DNA from: an uncultured delta proteobacterium
Lineage (GTDB): Bacteria > Desulfobacterota > Binatia > Binatales > Binataceae
Direction of reading: 5' to 3'
Length of the DNA: 64,000 bases
NCBI GenBank assembly: GCA_963842085.1
Contig: CAWJET010000002.1
Coordinates: 1,568,001 to 1,632,000, forward strand
The notes under the pieces are model-generated. The model searched no databases. It was not told where the DNA came from and was given only the letters and a program-made list of their open reading frames with translations. Position 1 is the stretch's first letter. Every line of letters starts with the position of its first letter. A program made the position numbers and the translations under genes. Below, one piece after another: positions 51,351 to 58,135 of the stretch.

Positions 51351-52154
51351 CTAAACGCGCCGCGCGATAAACCGCGCCTGTGCGATTTTGCCCGCGCCCG
51401 CCATCTCGCCGATGAAACGGAACCCGTCGATGAGCGCCTCCAGCAGGTCGGTGCGGAACCCTACGGTCCGCAGGGCATCGTACCCAAACTGCATCTCGAC
51501 CATGTCGAGATATAGATCCACATGGCGTGCAAACCGTCCGGTGTCTTCCGCAACGCGCACCTCGCAGCCGTTTCCTGACAGCAGTTTGGCGTAGCCCGCA
51601 ATGTCCTCGACGTTGGCGAACATCATCGTGCCGAGAAAGCGCTGGGCCTCCGAACCAGTCAGTCCCACAGGCCCTTCGACCCAATCGGTGAAAGCAATCA
51701 CGCCCCCGGGCCGAACAATGCGCACTGCCTCCGCAATCAACCTCGGCTTGTCGGGGACGTAGCACCATGCGTCCTCGCTCCAGACGAAATCCGCGCTGGC
51801 CGACGGCAGGCCGCTCTGACAGGCATCGGCTAGAACAAACCGGATTTTATCGTCCATGCCCTCTTCATGGGTCAGCCGCCGACCGCGCTCGACGATTGCC
51901 TCGGTTATGTCCACGCCGACCATCGAGGCGACATGGCGAACCCTCACCAGAAAGCGCATGTCCGCGCCGTTGCAGCAACACAGATCGACCCCGCCCATCC
52001 CGGCCCTGATTCCGGCGCGTTCCGCCAGATCGATCGACGCCTTCATTCCTCCTATGTGAATTTGCTGCCCAAATATAAGTTGAAAGAGGTCGCCCGGCGC
52101 ACTGCTATAGACGGAGACTACATCCGTCACCCCGACGCCGGTTATAGACTTCAC
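51351..52154 (-). CDS. Class I SAM methyltransferase resembling sarcosine/dimethylglycine and phosphoethanolamine N-methyltransferases
   Basis: IFGQQIHIGG, VDLCCCNG (motif I), GVDIT, ADFVWSEDAWCY..DK, VRPGGVIAFTD; AAGGAGG RBS; 4-nt overlap with the upstream gene. Confidence 0.85.
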   Translation of the reverse strand: MKSITGVGVTDVVSVYSSAPGDLFQLIFGQQIHIGGMKASIDLAERAGIRAGMGGVDLCCCNGADMRFLVRVRHVASMVGVDITEAIVERGRRLTHEEGMDDKIRFVLADACQSGLPSASADFVWSEDAWCYVPDKPRLIAEAVRIVRPGGVIAFTDWVEGPVGLTGSEAQRFLGTMMFANVEDIAGYAKLLSGNGCEVRVAEDTGRFARHVDLYLDMVEMQFGYDALRTVGFRTDLLEALIDGFRFIGEMAGAGKIAQARFIARRV

Positions 52155-53176
52155 GATTGTTTCCTCCTTTCACCTTGAATCGCGCCGCTGGCCGCGCGGA
52201 TACCCTCGCGCATCTGCGGATCGCCATCTTTGAAAGTGAAATTCGTCAGCCACAGACGCAGTAGGTGCCGTTTTCTCTCCGGTTCCTTCCAGTCCTCATA
52301 TTCCGTGCGCGCGTGCAGGATCACTGCGTTCTTGAGGAACTGCATGTCGCCGGGCTCGAAGTCCATTTCTTGGTAAAAGGCCGGATCGTTTGCGATCGTG
52401 TCGATCAGATCCAGTAATTCAGTCTGAGCGGCAGTCAGGCGCGGCACTTCCGGGAACCGCTGTGCGTTGCGGATATACCAACCGATATAGAACGTGCCGA
52501 GACGCCCGTTCTCGTACCTGCAAATCGGAAAATTGAAATACCGCGGCTCTCCCGGTCCCGCTTCAGCCTCCCGATCCCAGAAGAAGTTTTCGAAAAGCAA
52601 GGGCGCCAGGTCGGGCCGCCGCCGCATCAGTTCGTTGAATATCGAAACCGAGCTGGCGATTCGGCTTAGTCCTCCCGATTTCGCGCGGTTGAGGCACATC
52701 AGGCCGATGATGTCGGCGCCGTCGGTGTGAAAGTCGAGTTTCATCCGCGTGCGATATAGCCGGATTCCGGGTTGCGTTGGGTCGGCTCCATCATCGCGCA
52801 CATGGCCCAGCGCATCGCCCTTGCGATTTTGGGGAACCGGGCACCCCATTTGCAGACCGATGAGCCAGTACGCGAATGATGCTTCCGCTTCAGTGTGATC
52901 CGCCGCCGGAAATCCTCTGACCAGGAAAAAGCCCCGGCCATCGTCCAGCTCTCGCATCCACGCCGCGATGGCAGGACCGAGCACCGGAAGCGGGTAGTCC
53001 GACGCGGAGATTTCCCTCAGCGCCTTGCCCATCCGCCGATACGCTTGTATAGCGGAATCGAGCTCCGCATTCTCCGCGTCGGACAGGACATGGATCCAGT
53101 CGCTTCGCTTGCTCTGCTGGGGGCCGAGCCATGCGGCCGGGCTACTTACGAATTTATCTGGAATTCTATTGGCCAT
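52151..53176 (-). CDS. TauD/TfdA (clavaminate-synthase-like) Fe(II)/2-oxoglutarate dioxygenase
   Basis: GRGFFLVRG, FHTD, GGLSRIASS, PGDMQFLKN, LHARTEY, RHLLRLWL. Confidence 0.9.
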   Translation of the reverse strand: MANRIPDKFVSSPAAWLGPQQSKRSDWIHVLSDAENAELDSAIQAYRRMGKALREISASDYPLPVLGPAIAAWMRELDDGRGFFLVRGFPAADHTEAEASFAYWLIGLQMGCPVPQNRKGDALGHVRDDGADPTQPGIRLYRTRMKLDFHTDGADIIGLMCLNRAKSGGLSRIASSVSIFNELMRRRPDLAPLLFENFFWDREAEAGPGEPRYFNFPICRYENGRLGTFYIGWYIRNAQRFPEVPRLTAAQTELLDLIDTIANDPAFYQEMDFEPGDMQFLKNAVILHARTEYEDWKEPERKRHLLRLWLTNFTFKDGDPQMREGIRAASGAIQGERRKQS

Positions 53177-53191
53177 CGAATCTGTCTCGCG

Positions 53192-54004
53192 TCAGCTTCG
53201 CGCCGGCTTGCGGGCCCGGACGAAGGCGCTTATGAATTTGCCGTTCGCCATTTGCGCGAATTTCTCGAGGTCTGGATTTTCCGCAAGAAATCCTTGCGCG
53301 TCGGCCGCCGTATAGATCCGCGTCGCTTCCACTTCGATTTGTTCAAATCCCGCCGCAGCGAGCTTCGATTGGTATTCCGACTCGTTCAGCGCCCCGGCGA
53401 TGCATCCGGCCCACAGCTCGACGCGGCGACGAATCTCGCCCGGCATCTCACCGCGGACCACGATGTCCGAAACGGCGAATCGTCCCCCTGGCTTCAGCAC
53501 GCGGAACGCCTCGTGCAGCACCCGATCCTTGTCGGCCGACAGATTGATCACGCAGTTTGAGATGATTACATCCACCGAATTGTCGGGCAGCGGGATATGC
53601 TCGATCTCGCCTTTGAGGATTTCGACATTCTGGACACCCGCTTTGCGTTGGTTGTCGCGCGCAAGGGCGAGCATCTCGTCAGTCATGTCGAGCCCGTACG
53701 CCTTGCCCGCCGGCCCAACTCTTCGCGCTGAGAGCAGCACGTCGATCCCGCCACCTGAGCCCAGGTCGAGCACGATTTCGCCCGGCTTCAGCTCGGCGAG
53801 CGCTGTTGGATTCCCGCATCCCAGCGACGCCGCAAGCGCCTGGGCGGGAATCAATGCGGTCTCACTCTCGCGGTAGAGATTCGAGGTGATCGGGTTTCCC
53901 GCGGGCGCTGCCGAGCCGCAGCACGAGGCGCCCTGTTCGGTGACTCGCCGCGCCGCTTGCGCGTACTCTTCCCTGACCTTCTCCCTTATCGATTCATTAC
54001 TCAT
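53192..54004 (-). CDS. arsM: Arsenite S-adenosylmethionine methyltransferase
   Basis: SCCG, SLGCGNP, LDLGSGGGID, GLDMTDEM, ISNCVINL, WAGCIAGAL: all conserved ArsM Cys positions are present. Confidence 0.95.
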   Translation of the reverse strand: MSNESIREKVREEYAQAARRVTEQGASCCGSAAPAGNPITSNLYRESETALIPAQALAASLGCGNPTALAELKPGEIVLDLGSGGGIDVLLSARRVGPAGKAYGLDMTDEMLALARDNQRKAGVQNVEILKGEIEHIPLPDNSVDVIISNCVINLSADKDRVLHEAFRVLKPGGRFAVSDIVVRGEMPGEIRRRVELWAGCIAGALNESEYQSKLAAAGFEQIEVEATRIYTAADAQGFLAENPDLEKFAQMANGKFISAFVRARKPARS

Positions 54005-54368
54005 CGTGACCTCCATGCCTGCCCGTTATTTTGCGGGAGAGGCGATTAGCTGATAGCGAACGATCTGGCGATGCGCCCGGCGTCTTGTGAAGACCGGCGC
54101 AACAGTCCTCGGTCATGAACTGGATCAACTTGGCGGCTTGCGGCCAATTGACTGCGTAATAGATGAATCGTCCCGCGCGCTGCGCCGTCAGCAGCCCGCA
54201 TCTGGTCAATGCGTCCAGGTGATGAGACAGCGTCGAGCCCGGCATCTTGACCCGGCGCTTGATCTCCTCCACGCAGGTTCCTTGCGGCCCGGCGCGCACC
54301 AGCAGACGGAAGATCTCGAGCCGGCCAGATTGCCCCAGAGCGCTGAATTGTTCGACGTATCGATTCAC
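53997..54368 (-). CDS. arsR: ArsR-family repressor with a C-terminal Cys pair
   Basis: ALGQSGRLEIFRLLVRAGPQG, STLSHHL, GRFIYY, TEDCCAG. Confidence 0.9.
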   Translation of the reverse strand: MNRYVEQFSALGQSGRLEIFRLLVRAGPQGTCVEEIKRRVKMPGSTLSHHLDALTRCGLLTAQRAGRFIYYAVNWPQAAKLIQFMTEDCCAGLHKTPGASPDRSLSANRLSRKITGRHGGHDE

Positions 54369-54375
54369 TACGACT

Positions 54376-54398
54376 TTTCTAGTATCATCGAAATGATA
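54376..54398 (-). promoter_or_regulatory. Putative ArsR operator overlapping the promoter
   Basis: Overlapping dyads TATCAT-N4-ATGATA and TTTCGA-N6-TAGAAA just upstream of the arsR GTG; TTGCTT -35-like hexamer upstream. Confidence 0.55.
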
Positions 54399-54429
54399 AA
54401 TAAGCAAGCGCTGTAAGCGCCGGAGAGAA

Positions 54430-54982
54430 AATCCCTCAGTGAAGCGGCCGGACAGGCTGGCCGCGCCGGAGTAAAACTCCAGCACGAGATAGCCCTTCAG
54501 CCTGGAGGGTTGAAGGCCACTCAGTCCCTACTCCGCCAAGGCCACAAACGAGGTCGAACCGCCGAAGATTCCGCCGTAGAAGAGCCGAACCGAATCGGTT
54601 CGCGAGATTCCCAACTCCTCGAGATGCCGACCGACTCCGCGAACATCCCGCTTTGCTCATAGAGCGGCTCGGTCCAGCTCAGCACCGGCAGCCACAGCGT
54701 GTCGGCGATCTTTACCCCGACGCCCATCCTTGCCAACAACCCCTTCCAATGATCGCCGTAGAGAGTCTCCGCATCGATCGCTGTCTGGCCCAACAGCCTG
54801 GCCTCTTCGCGGCCCATCTCCTCGTACGAACCATAGAGGTACAGCACTATCAGGCCGCCTCGATCCTCACGGCGAGGCACTCTGTTGGAGGCGTGTTGGG
54901 CCGGGCCCAGATGGCAGCCGACCAAAAGCAGCCAAGCGATTGAAACGATCCTGCGAAGACCTGAAAGCTGATTAACGGTCAT
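54430..54982 (-). pseudogene. N-terminal remnant of a C45-peptidase-like lipoprotein
   Basis: LLLVGC lipobox-like, VLYLYGSYEEMG; frame breaks downstream. Confidence 0.4.
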
Positions 54983-55027
54983 AGGTCTTGCAGCGGGATC
55001 CCGGTTCCCCGATCTGACCCGTACCGC

Positions 55028-55468
55028 TCAAGGCTTTCGCCGTCGGAAGACCAGGACCGAGCACGGCGCGGCGCGCACCAGCTTCTCGGCCACGCTTCCG
55101 ATCATTAGATGCTCGATGCCGGTCCGCCCGTGGGTTGCGAGCAATATCAGATCGATCTGTTGCTCCTTCGCATATTCGATCAGCTTCGGGACCGGCGGTC
55201 CGACCATCACTTGAGTGAAGACCTTGGCGGAATTTCCGCAATCGTCTTTCCTGATGCGCGCGAGTTCCTCTTCGGCCTCTTCCACCATCAGGGTCTCGCG
55301 CGCCTGCTCGCGCATTTTGTCGAATAACGCGAAATGAGGCGCGACTACATGCACGATGTGCAGCTCACCGTCGAGGTCCTTTGCCAGTTCCATCCCACCG
55401 CGTAACGCTTCCATCGAGTATTCCGAAAAGTCGATCGGAGCCAGGATTTTCTTCACATTTCGAATCAT
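55028..55468 (-). CDS. Universal stress protein
   Basis: KILAPIDFS, DLILLATHGRTG, IGSVAEKLVR. Confidence 0.95.
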   Translation of the reverse strand: MIRNVKKILAPIDFSEYSMEALRGGMELAKDLDGELHIVHVVAPHFALFDKMREQARETLMVEEAEEELARIRKDDCGNSAKVFTQVMVGPPVPKLIEYAKEQQIDLILLATHGRTGIEHLMIGSVAEKLVRAAPCSVLVFRRRKP

Positions 55469-55594
55469 AAAGGCCTCCGAGAATTCGGCGCGGTGGCGAA
55501 GAAACCTTCGTCCCGGAAAAGGCGAAGCCGCTCAGGTCCGGGCGGCATTGGTTCAAGAAATGTGGTGCTTATCGTTAGGTCCTTTCCATTAGAA

Positions 55595-55700
55595 TCCTCA
55601 TGCCGCTTTTTCCGAAACCACGCCGCACCTCTACTTTGACGGCGCCAGTGGCGACCAACTGCTTGATCTTGTGAGCGGCGCCCTCCGAAAGTGAGATCAC
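55595..55700 (-). pseudogene. iscA: IscA N-terminal fragment
   Basis: VISLSEGAAHKIKQL directly after iscU, then diverges. Confidence 0.5.
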
Positions 55701-55712
55701 AGCCACGAACTC

Positions 55713-56134
55713 CTATGCCTCCTTCTTGGGCGGTTGCTCTTGCGAAACGGGCTCATCTCCCTTACGCCTGCGCCAGTCGGTGATCGCAGCCTTGATCGCG
55801 TCTTCGGCCAGCACGGAGCAGTGAATCTTGACGGGCGGCAGGTTCAGCTCCTTGACAATGACCGTGTTCATGATCGCCATCGGCTCGTCGATATGCTTAC
55901 CCCTGACCAGTTCGGTGACGTAGCTCGAACTTGCGATCGCGCTTCCGCACCCGAAGGTCTTGAACCGCGCGTCCTCGATCACGCCGGTCTCGCTAATCTT
56001 CAGCTGCAGTTTCATCACGTCGCCGCACTCGGGAGCGCCGAAGGCCGGTGCCGACGCCCGGCTCGTCCTTCGCAAAGCTGCCGACGTTGCGCGGATTGTT
56101 TGTAGTGCTCGATAACCTTATCTGAGTAGGCCAT
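55713..56134 (-). pseudogene. iscU: Fe-S scaffold IscU with frameshifts in the 5' part
   Basis: MAYSDKVIEHY..NPRNVGSF..GVGTG..GAPECGDVMKLQ..KTFGCGSAIASS..LPPVKIHCS; indels near 56098 and 56043. Confidence 0.9.
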
Positions 56135-56239
56135 GATTTTTCTCGGACTGCAAATTACCTGTCACGAAACGGCCCAGGTGGCTCCATCGGATGCATCCGG
56201 ATCCGTGAGCGAAGGCGAATATCGTTCATCGCCAAACGG

Positions 56240-56593
56240 CTATCTCACCCGCGTGGCTCGGGCGCCTCGACTTCTCGGAGCGACGCCCTTCAGTACGTCG
56301 TCAATCCACGTAAGCCCGGCCATCATCCGTGGGAATCCGACCGTGGTCAGGCCCAGAAGTGCGACTTGGCGGATCTCTTCGCGTGTAGCGCCAGCTTCCA
56401 ATGCACGTCGCGCGTGAGAATGGACCGCGCCCTCTTGGGAAGAGGCGACCGCCATACCCAGTTTGATCAACTGAACCAATTTTTCATCGAGTGGGCCATC
56501 CTCAGCAGTCAGTCGCCCGATCGCATCGTAAGCCTGGCTAATCTTTGGGAACTCCTCCTTGAACTGCTGATACCTTCCCGGTAGCTTTTTCAC
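56240..56593 (-). CDS. Carboxymuconolactone decarboxylase/AhpD-like protein
   Basis: GPLDEKLVQLIKLG, AVHSHARRALEAGAT.EEI, TTVGFP. Confidence 0.9.
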   Translation of the reverse strand: MKKLPGRYQQFKEEFPKISQAYDAIGRLTAEDGPLDEKLVQLIKLGMAVASSQEGAVHSHARRALEAGATREEIRQVALLGLTTVGFPRMMAGLTWIDDVLKGVAPRSRGARATRVR

Positions 56594-56701
56594 CTTCGAG
56601 ACACCTCCAAAGAACCGTTCCTGAAGTCCTTCATCCGCGGCCTAGCCGATGAACGGCAGAGCCAGAATAGGCAAGCGATGCCGACCTCGCGGTCGAAGCG
56701 T

Positions 56702-56716
56702 GCATACTACGTGCCA
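56702..56716 (-). promoter_or_regulatory. Putative sigma54 promoter (CMD gene)
   Basis: TGGCAC-GTAGT-ATGC. Confidence 0.5.
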
Positions 56717-56857
56717 CGACTCACGACGTGCAGATAGAGCTTTATCTCCTAAACATGGTGCCGATCGCTCCACTGGCTGCCACTATTAGTGACAGTGTCG
56801 GTGCAAACAAGAGCCGTTCAACTCGAAAACTCGATTGTCGACGGAAAGTTAATTTCG

Positions 56858-56872
56858 TGGCATGGCCGATGC
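56858..56872 (+). promoter_or_regulatory. Putative sigma54 promoter (molybdoenzyme operon)
   Basis: TGGCAT-GGCCG-ATGC, divergent from the 56702 motif. Confidence 0.5.
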
Positions 56873-57013
56873 ATTTATCGCACAGACAATCGGAAGGACC
56901 GAGATTGACGACTAACACGAGCTGAGCCGCACTCCATCTAATCCGAACGAGCGAGCGGCCAAATAACGGCGTGCGAGGCAATTTGTCTTCGCGAAGGACC
57001 AAGGGGTAGTGCA

Positions 57014-58135
57014 ATGAGCCAACGGCAACTTGCGATGGTAATCAATCTCGACAAATGCATCGGGTGTCAGACTTGTACCGTGGCCTGCAGCACCCACCGC
57101 CTCAATCATCCCGGCACCGAAATGCTCCGCTACATATGGTGCGAAACCAAGCCCGGCGAAGGTTGGCCCAAGGGATGGATGGAGCTGGGGCGCAAGGTTC
57201 CGGATCGCGTGCGAGACTACGGTGGAACCTGGACCTTCAACTGGGAGGAGGTCTATACCTCGCCGGTCGGGACCAAGTACCTGCACCCAATCGTCAAAGA
57301 AACCGGCGAACCGGCGAAGTATGGGCCGATATGGGAAGAAGATCAGGGCGCCGGTGAGTGGCCCAATGGATACTTCTTCTATATGCCCCGGCTCTGCAAT
57401 CACTGCACGGATGCTCCTTGCATAGAAGTCTGTCAAGGCCACTTCGCACGAGGCGGCGGGCTGCCGACCGCCCAAGCGAACGGGCACAAGAACTCGATGC
57501 GCAAGCGCGAATCGGACGGGATCGTCATGATCGATCCGAGTTCGTGCGACGAGTGCGGGCTGTGTGCGGCTGCATGTCCCTACAAAATCCCGATGGAGAA
57601 CCTGCTGGCGGGCACCTACGAGATGTGCGACTTCTGCGCGGGCCGGGTGGAAAACCAGTACGCTCCGGTATGTGCGAAGAGCTGCCCCGCGCGCGCGATG
57701 TACTTCGGTTACCTGGACGACAAGGAGAGCTACGTCTCCAAGCTCGTCAACGAATACAAAGTTGCCTTGCCGCTGCGTCCGGACTTCGACACGGGTCCGA
57801 ATGTCTACTACATACCTCCCTTCATCCGGCCAACAACTTTCGCAGCCGACAATAAGCCGACCGGTCAGGCCGATATTCCGACCGATCTGCTTCGTAAGTA
57901 CTTCGGACCGGGCGTTGATCAGGCGATGGCAACGCTCAAGGAGCATCGCGCACGCGCCGAGCGCGGAGAACATTCCGAATTGATGGATCTGCTCATCATT
58001 TACAAATGGTCGGACGCCTTCGCCCCGTTCAACGTCTTGGCTCCCGTTGAGCCGATCGAACAGGGTGTCGAGGCTAGTAGGGGAAGCCAGCCGATCGAGC
58101 AGGGTGTCGAGGCTAGTAAGGGGCACCGGTCATGA
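57014..58135 (+). CDS. NarH/EbdB-like Fe-S beta subunit of a DMSO-reductase-family type II enzyme
   Basis: LDKCIGCQTCTVAC, ETKPG.G.P, PRLCNHCTDAPC, CDECGLCAAACPYK, CDFC..CAKSCP, LPLRPDFDTGPNVYYIPP. Confidence 0.9.
   Translation: MSQRQLAMVINLDKCIGCQTCTVACSTHRLNHPGTEMLRYIWCETKPGEGWPKGWMELGRKVPDRVRDYGGTWTFNWEEVYTSPVGTKYLHPIVKETGEPAKYGPIWEEDQGAGEWPNGYFFYMPRLCNHCTDAPCIEVCQGHFARGGGLPTAQANGHKNSMRKRESDGIVMIDPSSCDECGLCAAACPYKIPMENLLAGTYEMCDFCAGRVENQYAPVCAKSCPARAMYFGYLDDKESYVSKLVNEYKVALPLRPDFDTGPNVYYIPPFIRPTTFAADNKPTGQADIPTDLLRKYFGPGVDQAMATLKEHRARAERGEHSELMDLLIIYKWSDAFAPFNVLAPVEPIEQGVEASRGSQPIEQGVEASKGHRS
58050..58123 (+). repeat. 39-bp tandem duplication at the beta-subunit C-terminus
   Basis: PIEQGVEASRGSQ-PIEQGVEASKG; units start at 58050 and 58089. 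Confidence 0.9.

Noticed and set aside
187-56134. Treating single-base frameshifts as programmed recoding
   Set aside because: Only the IS3 A6C site fits a known signal. The others cluster in genes that are otherwise damaged, so decay is likelier, though sequencing indels cannot be excluded.
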